Below, piece by piece: positions 32,996 to 43,189 of a stretch of 64,000 bases of DNA; position 1 is the first letter of the stretch, and every line of letters starts with the position of its first letter. The position numbers were made by a program, and so were the translations under genes. This DNA is from Candidatus Bathyarchaeota archaeon (GTDB lineage: Archaea; Thermoproteota; Bathyarchaeia; Bathyarchaeales; Bathycorpusculaceae), in the NCBI GenBank assembly GCA_963715865.1, contig OY970280.1:544001-608000 (forward strand), given 5' to 3'. Under the pieces are notes generated by a model. That model made no database searches. It was given only the letters and a program-made list of their open reading frames with translations, and was not told the origin of the DNA.

Positions 32996-34564
32996 TTAAT
33001 TTTGAGCCTGCCAAAACAGATAAACTTTTGTCTGCAGAAGCATTCCAACAAGCTTTATCAGCTTAGCCATCTTCGGCAAATCCGCATTTTCAATGGATGC
33101 TACGTATTCAGATGTTTTCCCAAATGGCTGATGTCTACTGACTGCGAATTCCTTCTTGAAACGCGGATGCTTATTCCTGATGAATAACTCTTTGAGCTTT
33201 CCTATTTGTGCAGGATTTAATTCCTCGATTTTTGAAAATACGTACCGGGAACTACCTAACAGTTGCAGGTCAAAGCCAAATATAGAGAGCAGCTCCGAGA
33301 TTCGCAAGATGCCCTCGGTCGGCTGTTGTTCCGCTATTCTCTGCATGCCCGCCTTTTCGGCAAACGGGTTATACTTAGCCATGACCGCAACCATCTCCAC
33401 GTAAGGAGTGCCGGCTAAAGGCAGAGTTTCGCGGATTAGTTTGGCGCCTAAGCCGATTGTTCGGTATTTCGGGTGAATGACAACGCGGTTGATGATGCTG
33501 AGTTTCTGGTTTAGTTCTTGCATGGTCATGTGAGGCAGCATGAGGCGGCGCCCAAAACATGTGGGCGGTGGATAGCAGTAGACGATTACGCCGCAGAGTT
33601 CTTCTCCTCGGACTAAACGAAAGATTTTCCTTGGACCTACAACCAAGTGTCCTCGGTAGTGAAAGCTGGCGAGTTTGTGCCAGTCGGCTATGGTTCCCTG
33701 TTCTATCTTCATTTCTCGGATTAGACTGCATTCAGCCGCGGCTTCGTTCGGGTAATAGTTGATTTGGATCTCTTCTCCGAACCGCTTGTGCACATGGACG
33801 CTTGGTTTCAAGTCCTCAAGTAAGTCGCTGTGAGTTGTGGCTGCTATGACTGCTTTGCCTTGTTGGCGTGCGATTTTCTGGAGGTTGAACGCGATAATTT
33901 TGGCTGTATCCCTGTCCAAGCAGGCTGCGAATTCATCTGCTATCCACCACTGCTTTCCGTTTTTTCCACTCTCGATTAACTTCGCGATTCGGTAACGGTA
34001 TTTCTGCCCGTCACTTAATTGGCTGTATGTACGTAGGAAAAGAAAAGCATCATTCAACCCAACCCTGCTCAGCAATTCTAAACCTTCCTCAACTGTGGCG
34101 CCTACGGTTTCGATTAAGGGCTTTTCAAGATCCACGGTAACCTCGGATAAGTCAGCCGCTTCATCGCCAAGGTCTGCCCTGATTGCTCGCAGTAAGACGC
34201 TTTTGCCTGACCCAGAATCCCCCGTGATATACATGATGTCTCGCGGTCCAATCTTCAACTCAGCATCCAGAACCTTGAACTGCTGCGCCTCGTCAATGCC
34301 TAAACCGAACGCTTCAGCAACAACAAGGCTTCTCGGAGTAGGCTTAGTATGCGTCTCGTAGCTTATGTTAAACGTGAACTTGCCCGCTGCCCTATCATAA
34401 ACTCTGCGGAACTGCCTGATACGGAAAAACTCGTCACGCCGCCTCGCGATTCGACATTCACCATTAACCTTGCGTTCAGCCAGTTTCTTTCTAACACGAG
34501 TTAAGTCAGATTTACCTTTCCTCAATCTGCATAGCCTCCGCTGACACCAATTAACAATGCACAA
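32996..34564 (-). CDS. ABC-ATPase / GNAT acetyltransferase fusion (true start probably near 34460)
   Basis: GDSGSGKS, LSDGQKYR, IADEF, TTHSD; GNAT motif A RVVIHPKYRTIGLGAKL. Confidence 0.85.
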   Translation of the reverse strand: MCIVNWCQRRLCRLRKGKSDLTRVRKKLAERKVNGECRIARRRDEFFRIRQFRRVYDRAAGKFTFNISYETHTKPTPRSLVVAEAFGLGIDEAQQFKVLDAELKIGPRDIMYITGDSGSGKSVLLRAIRADLGDEAADLSEVTVDLEKPLIETVGATVEEGLELLSRVGLNDAFLFLRTYSQLSDGQKYRYRIAKLIESGKNGKQWWIADEFAACLDRDTAKIIAFNLQKIARQQGKAVIAATTHSDLLEDLKPSVHVHKRFGEEIQINYYPNEAAAECSLIREMKIEQGTIADWHKLASFHYRGHLVVGPRKIFRLVRGEELCGVIVYCYPPPTCFGRRLMLPHMTMQELNQKLSIINRVVIHPKYRTIGLGAKLIRETLPLAGTPYVEMVAVMAKYNPFAEKAGMQRIAEQQPTEGILRISELLSIFGFDLQLLGSSRYVFSKIEELNPAQIGKLKELFIRNKHPRFKKEFAVSRHQPFGKTSEYVASIENADLPKMAKLIKLVGMLLQTKVYLFWQAQN

Positions 34565-34637
34565 AAACAGCGATTATCTTGCTACGCCCGTGACCTGGCG
34601 CTCCTTCAGCTTCTTGCGAATTTTTTGAAGCTTAGGC

Positions 34638-34886
34638 CTAAGTTTTTTGCCCAACAAAAATACCCATCACTGTGCCAGTAAGCCCAGTTATTGCCGCGAA
34701 AACTTCACTATTCCACATGCCGAGAAAAGCCATGCATGCAATCTCAAGAGCTGACAAGCAAAAAATCATGCCCATGATAAATTTTACACATAAAACAAGC
34801 GTTTCATTCGGCTCCTCGATAATAACTGGACGCCCAGGAACCCGACGCCGACGGGTTAGGGCACGCTTAATCAGGTCTGCCATCAA
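34638..34886 (-). CDS. Small two-TM membrane protein (holin-like)
   Basis: Two hydrophobic helices; located at the end of the virion operon. Confidence 0.55.
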   Translation of the reverse strand: MMADLIKRALTRRRRVPGRPVIIEEPNETLVLCVKFIMGMIFCLSALEIACMAFLGMWNSEVFAAITGLTGTVMGIFVGQKT

Positions 34887-35295
34887 CGCTTAACCTCTGC
34901 TGAAAGATGCGGCGCTGAAAAGTCCGCGGGCGTCTAAGCGTACGGTGCCCGCCCAGCATGAAGCTGTTAACAAGCTTGCCAGCCACATCTTTAGGAATGT
35001 GCTCTTTAACCAGCACCGATATATCGACTGTCCAACCAAGCGGAATAGCCGTATAATCCAAGTCAAACAAGCCGTCAGCATAACGAAAACTATTCTGCGC
35101 AAGGACGATATGCTTAGCTTTCACACCTAAAACACCAATGAAAATTCCCCAGCTTCGAACAGGCACATCAATCAGCGCACCACTACCGCTACTCTTGCCA
35201 ACACTAGCATCACACCATTCAACACAGATCAAGTCGCCTACACAAAGCGATTCAAGCTGCTTCTTCAAATCCTTCTCTTTTTCTTTGTTTTCCAA
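34867..35295 (-). CDS. Hypothetical viral protein
   Basis: 142-aa ORF, LICVEWCDAS motif, overlaps next gene. Confidence 0.7.
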   Translation of the reverse strand: MENKEKEKDLKKQLESLCVGDLICVEWCDASVGKSSGSGALIDVPVRSWGIFIGVLGVKAKHIVLAQNSFRYADGLFDLDYTAIPLGWTVDISVLVKEHIPKDVAGKLVNSFMLGGHRTLRRPRTFQRRIFQQRLSVDGRPD

Positions 35296-35438
35296 ACCTT
35301 TTCACCATTCAATTACAATTACCATGAAACAGCAAACAATACCTACCGAAAAAACCGCCAAAAACTAATATACCCAAAAAAACACGCTAGAAAACAACAA
35401 GAACACCACGTTATAGCAAACTTTACGAAGAGAATACT

Positions 35439-36422
35439 ATGAATAAAAAACAATTAACAATATGCGCTATTTTTGCCATAGTCCTTATTATTGGAGCCTA
35501 CATCACTGGGAGCAGGATGCTGCCTGCGTCTAACCCAACTTCCAACCCGATTGAGAATGATTGGGTAGGAATTAGTGTGCATTCTCTTTCAGCGAATGAG
35601 GCTCAGCTGGTTAATGAGAGCGGTGCACGTTGGATACGTATAGATGCTTCAGACGATTTTGGAACGGCAGTCGCAAATGCAAAAGCATACAACTTAAAGG
35701 TTCTCGGAATACTTGACAGTTGGATGTTCAACGGAACAAGCGCATTTACACTTGAAGAATGGCGTAATGCTGTCACACATTACGTTTCAAATTACTCTAA
35801 TAGCGTTGATGCATGGGAAATCTGGAATGAGCCAGCAAATCCAACTTACCCACTATTGAACTTGAATATTACGACCCAGCAAAACATGAGCCGCATCGTT
35901 GAATTTTATTACTCAATGGTGCAGACAGCTTCACCAATCATCCGCCAATACGACCCAACCGCAAAAATCGTACTCTTCGGAGGCTTAAACCTGTGGTCAG
36001 GAAACGACCCTAACCTCGCACTTGACAAGGAGTTTGCCCAGCAACTCGCAGCCATGAACATTACACAGTACGGTGACGCAATCTCAGTCCACGCTTATCC
36101 TTGGATGGAGCAAGTTCAGCCGTGGATTTGGGAAAAATACGATGAATCACTAGCATATTACCGCGGACTTTTCACGAATAAATCTCTTGAGATATGGGTA
36201 ACTGAGACTGGACAACCAATAGAATCCGGCGGAGAACAAGGGCAGGCGCAGTACATGACTGATACCCTTCAACATTTCCAAGGAAACATCACACGCTTAT
36301 TCTGGTACTCGCTAGTAGATAACGCTGCAGACAAAAAAAGCTTCGGATTAATCGGAAACGCGTCGACGCCACGACTTGCCTACTACATATTACAAAAACA
36401 ATTAACAGGTAAATCAGATTAG
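35439..36422 (+). CDS. Membrane-anchored clan-A-like glycoside hydrolase
   Basis: N-terminal TM; WEIWNEP (acid/base) and IWVTETG (nucleophile). Confidence 0.85.
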   Translation: MNKKQLTICAIFAIVLIIGAYITGSRMLPASNPTSNPIENDWVGISVHSLSANEAQLVNESGARWIRIDASDDFGTAVANAKAYNLKVLGILDSWMFNGTSAFTLEEWRNAVTHYVSNYSNSVDAWEIWNEPANPTYPLLNLNITTQQNMSRIVEFYYSMVQTASPIIRQYDPTAKIVLFGGLNLWSGNDPNLALDKEFAQQLAAMNITQYGDAISVHAYPWMEQVQPWIWEKYDESLAYYRGLFTNKSLEIWVTETGQPIESGGEQGQAQYMTDTLQHFQGNITRLFWYSLVDNAADKKSFGLIGNASTPRLAYYILQKQLTGKSD

Positions 36423-36552
36423 TAAAGAAATGAAAACTCGAAAACCGCATACTCCAGAAAATAGACCTAGAAAACGGGTTACCACGTACATCCTAAGGCT
36501 CTAAATGTACGTAGTAAACGGTCCAATAACTCACTTCAACAGCTAACACTTA

Positions 36553-38166
36553 TCACTTCAGTGAAGTAAGCCCATACAGATAATCAGCCAGCTGAGGCTT
36601 CTCCTTACCCAGATTAGCTGTTATCTTAAGCGTCTGAGGCTCAGACGTCTCATCAAGCTGGTACTCAACGTAGTCGATGCGGAAATCATCGTCCACATCA
36701 TCATTAGGCAAAGTAACATGAACTTTATCGCCTCCTAAAAGAGGCGTAGTACCATAATCGAGGACGGTGCTACTAATCGTCAGAGACACTGCAGGATCCT
36801 TAAAATAAGCAAGAAGCGCTTTAGCCCGCAAGTCACATTCATTATCGCTTGCCAAATCCGTATCCGTCTCAGCATACTCCCTCAAAGCATAAGCACTTTG
36901 ACTTGCAGCATCCTCTTCAACGGCACTATATTTCATTCCGCCAAAGTATAAGCCGTCAACCCAGAAATCTCCTGAGCCTGAAGCGCTTCCGTCACTGAAT
37001 AAGCATGATATTTCAACCTTCTTTATCTGCGTCCAATCAAACCCAGTTTGGTTTACCCCCGGCACCCAGCTATCAGCGTTCGCTTTTCCAACATCAACCG
37101 ACGTGGTACCCCATTGCGTATTACCGGTGAAATTCTGGGCTTGAGTCATTTGCTTGTTGTTGATGTCAAATAGTGTAATTGCTCCTCGGCCACTAAGCAC
37201 TGTTTGTAACAGGTTGAAAAATGCTAATTTAGGATACAAATTAGCGTTTACTTCATACCCTGAATTAAACGTGAATATGATTGCGCCGTAAGCATTGTTG
37301 ACAATGTGACATTTAATACTGCTTGTTCCAATGGCTTTAACAGTGCTATCCTGCGCTACAGTAACGCCATCGCCAAAGGCTGTCCAATTGCCTTGTGGTG
37401 GGCTCAGTATTTCAGTCCAAGCATCCTTATCCAAGGGAGTGCTTTTGTCAGCTACGCCATACACGGTAATTTTGTTTCTAACACGCGAAATATCTATGCT
37501 GTAACTGCTCTGCTCTATGCTTTCACTCAAATCCACAGAGTTACTTTTGCTGTTTACTGGGAAAAACTCGAACTTGCCATCAGGCGCCACACGAAAGTCA
37601 AAGCCGATAACCCCGTTTTGGTCAGCGCTCCCAGCTATGTACTTTAAAATATCAAAAACCTGCTTGTCACTATACTGCAAATCAAGATACTCAGTGTTTG
37701 TGTCTTCAACAAGTTCAGTACTGTTGCGCGAATGACTTAAACTTGTATAGTTATCAATTAAATCTTTTACTATGGCTTCGCCCTTTTGATTCAAGTATTC
37801 TTTTGTCACTAACTTGCGGAAAAGTTGCTCACCCCAGCAACGCCCAGTCACATGCACATAAAACTCGCCAGATACACTAGGCGCATTGGGGTTCTCCTGG
37901 TACTCCACGGCTTCTATTCTCAGCGAAATAACTGCAGGAGCATTAGCTCCACGTCCAAGGCCGATACCGCCAGTTTGACCAACCAGAATCGGATACGTGC
38001 CATTAATGCTATACTTACTATTCCAATTCTGCAAAAGAAGATCAAAACTGCTAACCTCCTTCGTCGCACCACAATGAACCAAAAGCTTGACAACATCTTC
38101 AGGTGGAACCGCAACAGCCAAACCCAAACTAATTATTACGTTTGGGAGATCAACACTACCACTCAC
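36553..38166 (-). CDS. Tail tip/hub protein
   Basis: Follows the TMP-like gene; FDFRVAPDGKFEF, SRVRNKITVYG, carbohydrate-binding-like central region. Confidence 0.65.
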   Translation of the reverse strand: MSGSVDLPNVIISLGLAVAVPPEDVVKLLVHCGATKEVSSFDLLLQNWNSKYSINGTYPILVGQTGGIGLGRGANAPAVISLRIEAVEYQENPNAPSVSGEFYVHVTGRCWGEQLFRKLVTKEYLNQKGEAIVKDLIDNYTSLSHSRNSTELVEDTNTEYLDLQYSDKQVFDILKYIAGSADQNGVIGFDFRVAPDGKFEFFPVNSKSNSVDLSESIEQSSYSIDISRVRNKITVYGVADKSTPLDKDAWTEILSPPQGNWTAFGDGVTVAQDSTVKAIGTSSIKCHIVNNAYGAIIFTFNSGYEVNANLYPKLAFFNLLQTVLSGRGAITLFDINNKQMTQAQNFTGNTQWGTTSVDVGKANADSWVPGVNQTGFDWTQIKKVEISCLFSDGSASGSGDFWVDGLYFGGMKYSAVEEDAASQSAYALREYAETDTDLASDNECDLRAKALLAYFKDPAVSLTISSTVLDYGTTPLLGGDKVHVTLPNDDVDDDFRIDYVEYQLDETSEPQTLKITANLGKEKPQLADYLYGLTSLK

Positions 38167-38178
38167 GATTTCACCTAC

Positions 38179-39180
38179 TTACTCAATACCCCGACGAAGC
38201 AATCCTGCCGCACCCGCACTCTGAATATTACTCATAACTCCAGGCGTCGCAGCAGCAGAAGCATTAAAGTTCTGAACGCTTGAAGCTGCCGAATTCATCT
38301 GCGAAGCAAAATAAGCCACCGCAACAGCCGCGGCAATAATCACAGCTATCCCCACACCAGTCAACGCTAGAAAAGTAGCCTGACTAATGTTCAATGCGTC
38401 CTCCGCAGTAACCGCAATCCACGTAGCCGCCGTCTTAATGTTCATAGCTACAGTTGACGCCATACTAGCAACCACGCTTCCAGTTTCCGTCGTCGTATCC
38501 AACGCTTCCGCCGCCGCCTGACCCTCCGTCGCACTTGTCGCTGCAACAGTTGAGGCAGCATTAGCCGCTTGCGACGAAGTATCAATCGTAATCGACGCAG
38601 TGTGGCCTTGCGTAAAAAGGGTGGCGTAATTCATCATGCGAGCAACCTGGCTCACAACAGTCACCACCGCGAGAGCATCACGCACATACTTAGTTGACTG
38701 CGCATCAAGCAAGCCAAAATCAGTCCCAAGCGTGGTTATGCCTAAGCCCAAACCGCTGACGCTGCTTATGCCCCTGGCAACAGTCGTAAGCTTAACCGTA
38801 GTCGCTTCAGCCTGAGTTCCCAAATCATCAAAACTTGATCCAGCAACCTCAACGTCAGCGCCCATTTCAGTCGCGGCAACACCAACCTCATTAAAACTCG
38901 TTTGAATAGGTGTTGTATCAACAGGCGGAATAATTATGGGCGGAACATCTACGGGCGCAAAACTGATTGTTATCGGTGAAGCTTCAACCTGAGCCTTAAC
39001 GCTTGCTGCGTCTTCCGCTACTTGGTTAATTTCTGGAGAAGCCAAATTCTCCACGTTAAGCGTCATCGGCGAACTTGAAATTGCAGAAGCCATCGATGCG
39101 GCGCCGCTGCTAATTTCCGCAAACTGCGACGTAGCCTCATCTACAGCTCGAATCGTTACAAATATTTCACCCATGCTCAT
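38179..39180 (-). CDS. Short tape-measure-like protein
   Basis: N-terminal IFVTIRAVDEATSQF, Ala/Thr-rich body, hydrophobic C-terminal segment. Confidence 0.6.
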   Translation of the reverse strand: MSMGEIFVTIRAVDEATSQFAEISSGAASMASAISSSPMTLNVENLASPEINQVAEDAASVKAQVEASPITISFAPVDVPPIIIPPVDTTPIQTSFNEVGVAATEMGADVEVAGSSFDDLGTQAEATTVKLTTVARGISSVSGLGLGITTLGTDFGLLDAQSTKYVRDALAVVTVVSQVARMMNYATLFTQGHTASITIDTSSQAANAASTVAATSATEGQAAAEALDTTTETGSVVASMASTVAMNIKTAATWIAVTAEDALNISQATFLALTGVGIAVIIAAAVAVAYFASQMNSAASSVQNFNASAAATPGVMSNIQSAGAAGLLRRGIE

Positions 39181-39548
39181 ACTGAAGCCTCCTCTGCAGC
39201 CTGCTGCAAAGCTGAATCCATTATTGAAATAAGTTTAGACGCGTTTTCCTGCAGAGCACGAGTCAAGAAAAGACGCGGCATAATGCGTCTTGTGCCAAAC
39301 TCCTGAAAAAGCGCGTAGGGTACGTAGCAGCCAACTTTAACCTGGTACTTATCAACGACTTGTGCGTAAATGTTCTGCATAAGCCTACCGGTTTTGACGG
39401 GCGCAAGCTGCTTCGCACGAAGCATAATTTCCTGAGCAGTCTGCATAAGAGCCTGCTGAATATGATCCTGCATACCCGCACCTAACACGTCCATGTTACG
39501 CGCAACGTCTTCTGCACCATCAATTGTAACTTGGAATTCAACGCTCAA
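39177..39548 (-). CDS. HK97 gp10-like tail/neck protein
   Basis: AKQLAPVKTGRLMQNI...YALFQEFGT..MPRLFLTRAL. Confidence 0.85.
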   Translation of the reverse strand: MSVEFQVTIDGAEDVARNMDVLGAGMQDHIQQALMQTAQEIMLRAKQLAPVKTGRLMQNIYAQVVDKYQVKVGCYVPYALFQEFGTRRIMPRLFLTRALQENASKLISIMDSALQQAAEEASV

Positions 39549-39550
39549 TA

Positions 39551-40068
39551 CTAATGCCTCTTCGCCTTTTCCATTTCGGCTTTTACTTGTTTATCCTGCT
39601 CACTTAAAATGAGAAGAAATTGGCTGATTGCTTTCGCTGGCTGTTCACGCAGTTGCAGCGGCGTCCAACCGAATTCCTTACAAAGACGATACTCCGTTAA
39701 GGCTGAGCTTGGTTTGCCTCCGCGGATGGCTCGGATAAAAAACGTGCCTCTTCAACGTTAACCGCATTAAGCCTATTGACCAGTTTCGCAAACAATTCGC
39801 CTAAGCCAATCGGAACACCATTTTCTTCAGCAAGTAGTTTTTCAAGCGTAACAGGCTTCGTTTCAGGCTGCTCCTTAAGGCCTGCCATTACAGTTTCAGC
39901 TTGAACCGCAACGTAATCACTGCTCTGCACCTGACCCGTCATTTGACTGTACTTCGTGTACTTCTGAATGATGCGGCTACGCTTCGCCCACGTAATTTCA
40001 GCGAAAACGTATTTGCCCTGGTACTCAGCACCGAATCTGCAGTCTAACTCTATTTTTTCAGTCTGCAT
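39551..40068 (-). CDS. Tail assembly chaperone G (39697-40068) with predicted -1 frameshift extension GT to 39551
   Basis: T TTT TTA heptamer at 39736-39742; -1 frame reads ...LTEYRLCKEFGWTPLQLREQP...KRH*. Confidence 0.75.
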
Positions 40069-40079
40069 TTCTAGTCACC

Positions 40080-41156
40080 TTAAGTGATAACTGGTTCTTG
40101 TGCTGTGAACGCCGCTTTTACTGAAATAAGATCCTCAACTTTCGTCGGCGATTCTATCTTATCCCACTTGCAATGCGTAAATAAAGCGTTGCTCGTACCG
40201 CCCAAGCCAAACTTCAAGCTGAATTCAAAATCGTGCGTTACCTCAAGATACTGCGTCATATCTTCAAAATCAAGCGTTAATTCGCCAGTTAAAACCCGAT
40301 GACGCTCCTGCAAATACTTAAGCAAATCAGCGACTAAATCTTCAGTGTACGCACCTGCGGCAACAGTATAAGTATTAACCAAATTGTTTAGCATAGTCAA
40401 ACTGTTGCTTGCGATTGAATCAATTGTGTTCCACTCAGCACCGTTGGTATCTTGAATTTTAACCATGTCTCCAGCGGTGAATAACATGCCATCCGTAACC
40501 GGAACTACCTTTTGGTTAGCTGCTGCGGTTCCAGTTAGTAAACTCGTATTGTTTTGCCGTATCACAGGCACACGTTTAAGGTTGTTTTCAATGCTGAACT
40601 TCCAATCAGTCACCGTATCAAGTACGACCTGAGAAGTACCGTCTGCGGCTCCTTTACTCACGTAACTTTCATTAAACGCAACTGCGCCGCCATCTTGGCT
40701 GTACGTTGCTCCCGGAATCTTCGCGCTTTCAGGATCCAAGTTTTGCCCAATGATATCTACAGTTGCTTCAATAGCTTTTTCAACGCTACATCCAACACTT
40801 GCCTTATCCGAGATGCATCCCATATGACGCAAATCAACAATTTGACCGCTAGCCACTTTGTCATAAATAAGCTCAGCAGTGAACGGGTCAAGCGTCATAA
40901 CGTAGTTTAGAAACTTAGTTGGATTAGCGCTGGGCAGAGCATAAACCACTTTCAAAGCCACCTGCTTCAAACCTTTCTTTATCGCCGTCAAATCTCTTGA
41001 ACCGATACCTCGAAGCTTAATCAGTCCCGGATTAACCGAAGGCTCAACGTCCGTGATGTTCTCTATACCTGACATTGCGGGACTCGCCGGTATCCTTCCG
41101 TATGTTGTTTCGCTCACGTAGTAGAATTTTGCTTCATGCGCTCCATATTCACTCAT
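40080..41156 (-). CDS. Tail tube protein
   Basis: FYYVSETTYG.IP...GIGSRD; immediately upstream of the chaperone. Confidence 0.75.
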   Translation of the reverse strand: MSEYGAHEAKFYYVSETTYGRIPASPAMSGIENITDVEPSVNPGLIKLRGIGSRDLTAIKKGLKQVALKVVYALPSANPTKFLNYVMTLDPFTAELIYDKVASGQIVDLRHMGCISDKASVGCSVEKAIEATVDIIGQNLDPESAKIPGATYSQDGGAVAFNESYVSKGAADGTSQVVLDTVTDWKFSIENNLKRVPVIRQNNTSLLTGTAAANQKVVPVTDGMLFTAGDMVKIQDTNGAEWNTIDSIASNSLTMLNNLVNTYTVAAGAYTEDLVADLLKYLQERHRVLTGELTLDFEDMTQYLEVTHDFEFSLKFGLGGTSNALFTHCKWDKIESPTKVEDLISVKAAFTAQEPVIT

Positions 41157-41183
41157 TTTTTTTGTTTACTCCTTTTTTTTATA

Positions 41184-42533
41184 TCACACTTGTGATGTGA
41201 CTATGCTCCTTGGATAAAACTTGCACTTAACCTGAATCAACATCCGCGCAAGATTGAAATCTTCACCTTGACTCTGCTCAACGCTGATCACAACGTCACC
41301 TATGCCCGGTATCCTGCGTCTGCAAGGCGACCCGTTAGCGTACGTATATTCGGTATTCCAAAGAGGCGCAAGCACGTCATACATGTGAATTATGCGTTCA
41401 ACCTCCGCCTTCAAACTCTCACGCCTCAAAACGTTATCGCCAACAGCAGCACCCGCAGCTTTCGCAACTATTTGCACGGCTACATCCTCAAGCTTAAGCC
41501 ACAACTTACGCGTCACACTGGAACTGCCTAAACTGTAGCAGAAAACAGCGTTTTTCTCTTTCATCTTGAAAAAGTCTAAGGCTCCCGGTTGTGCTCCAAG
41601 CGCTAACTCAATCGGGTTATTACTCCAGAAAATGTCTGTTTTATCAATGTCGTGCTGCCACTCACCCATCAACGTCTGCAGAATAACAGTGCTTCCCTGC
41701 ATCGTGCTCATCGCCGAATTCAAGTAATAATGCAGAAACGCTAAACTTTGACTTGCTTTTCCGTCTGTCTTGCCGAAGAAGTACTCGTAAGGCTCAAACT
41801 GGATAACCTCTGCACCAATGTTTCTACAAAGGCATGCATGTCGAATCAACCAGGAAATAGGCATGTTCTGCGGATCGTTTACAGCGGAGTATTCAGGAAG
41901 CCTATGCCGCGTCTCCCAATACCAGCTCTGGACACTTCCGCCCCAATGCGTAAACAGGCCTTTCACGAGGTTAAAGCCGTCCCAAGGTTCAAGCTCACCT
42001 GAATTAGTAGAAAAGCCAACAGTTACAACATCCTCAAATCCAACAATGTACCCTTGAATATCTTGAAAAACATGATCAACCTTATACTCTGCCCAAAACA
42101 CTTTCAAACCGTGTTCTTCACAAAAAGCAAGAATAGATGTGACATAATCCGTTGGAAACGTCTGACTATACGCTATATACCAGCTTTTAACTTCAAAAAA
42201 CCTCAGCCATTTAACGTTCGCTACCGCCATGACCTGCAAAATCTGGTCAGTAGTCAACTGCGTAACGACATGATCAGCGTACGGCCCACCCTCAAACGCA
42301 GTTAACATAATCGGAATACCCGTCGGTCCTCCAAAATTGTCAGTGATCCAGTCGAGCAAATCCTCAAAAACCTCGTTCCCGTTGTATTCAGGCAGCAAAA
42401 CGATATTCGCGTATTTACCATCATTAGCAGCTATAATCTGCGCGTAAACAGCAGCGACGTCGGGAATGTGAATATCCCCTGTTTTCTCGCTAACATGATA
42501 AACAATCGTATTCAAATTTACCATATCATACAT
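41184..42533 (-). CDS. Two-domain virion protein: hydrolase/TIM-barrel-like N-terminus plus possible tail-completion C-terminus
   Basis: Sits just before tail tube; C-terminal ~170 aa have tail-terminator-like size; aromatic-rich N-terminus. Confidence 0.45.
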   Translation of the reverse strand: MYDMVNLNTIVYHVSEKTGDIHIPDVAAVYAQIIAANDGKYANIVLLPEYNGNEVFEDLLDWITDNFGGPTGIPIMLTAFEGGPYADHVVTQLTTDQILQVMAVANVKWLRFFEVKSWYIAYSQTFPTDYVTSILAFCEEHGLKVFWAEYKVDHVFQDIQGYIVGFEDVVTVGFSTNSGELEPWDGFNLVKGLFTHWGGSVQSWYWETRHRLPEYSAVNDPQNMPISWLIRHACLCRNIGAEVIQFEPYEYFFGKTDGKASQSLAFLHYYLNSAMSTMQGSTVILQTLMGEWQHDIDKTDIFWSNNPIELALGAQPGALDFFKMKEKNAVFCYSLGSSSVTRKLWLKLEDVAVQIVAKAAGAAVGDNVLRRESLKAEVERIIHMYDVLAPLWNTEYTYANGSPCRRRIPGIGDVVISVEQSQGEDFNLARMLIQVKCKFYPRSIVTSQV

Positions 42534-42741
42534 CTACTTGAATAAGTTCAGTTTTCTGATAAGGGTCAAACAATCTCTTGTAAGCGTTCTTGAAATCTTT
42601 GAACGACTTGAAAACACCGAGATTCGGCCTCGGCAGAGGAAACTGCACAACTGTTGTCCCATCGTCAAAGGTTACTCCGACTAGAAGCAAATCAATGTCC
42701 TTTTGAGGAAGATATCTTCTCACTAGCTTGAACGCTTTCAA
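42526..42741 (-). CDS. Small hypothetical protein
   Basis: 71-aa ORF overlapping the next start. Confidence 0.55.
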   Translation of the reverse strand: MKAFKLVRRYLPQKDIDLLLVGVTFDDGTTVVQFPLPRPNLGVFKSFKDFKNAYKRLFDPYQKTELIQVDV

Positions 42742-43189
42742 AAACTAATTACCTCGCTTCTCCTTCTAATAACTGATAAATTGCACATGCAGTTTTAGCG
42801 AAGCATTGCTGCAGTCTTTTATTCCTTTTTCTTGTCCTAAATAACACGCTTTTTCTGGCACGTTTATTACCGCACAGTCACGCTTTATCATTCGTCGGAA
42901 TTACCGTACTGCGCACTTCAAAAACAATGTCAAAACCGTTTTGACTTACTACGAAAGTGTCAAAGGATGACTTGTATTTTTTCACAGCCAAATCCTAATC
43001 GCCTCCTCATAACTAGCGTTTAAATGATTTTGAACATCCGAATATTGAACATACGTTACGGTCATATTTTCACCTTGTTAACGTTCACCACGTACATAAC
43101 CAAGGCCTAGAATGTACGTAGTATAAAAAAAGGGAGAGGCCACGCTCATGTGGGAATCATTGGCAAAACGATTTTCCCCTAAGCAGGGT

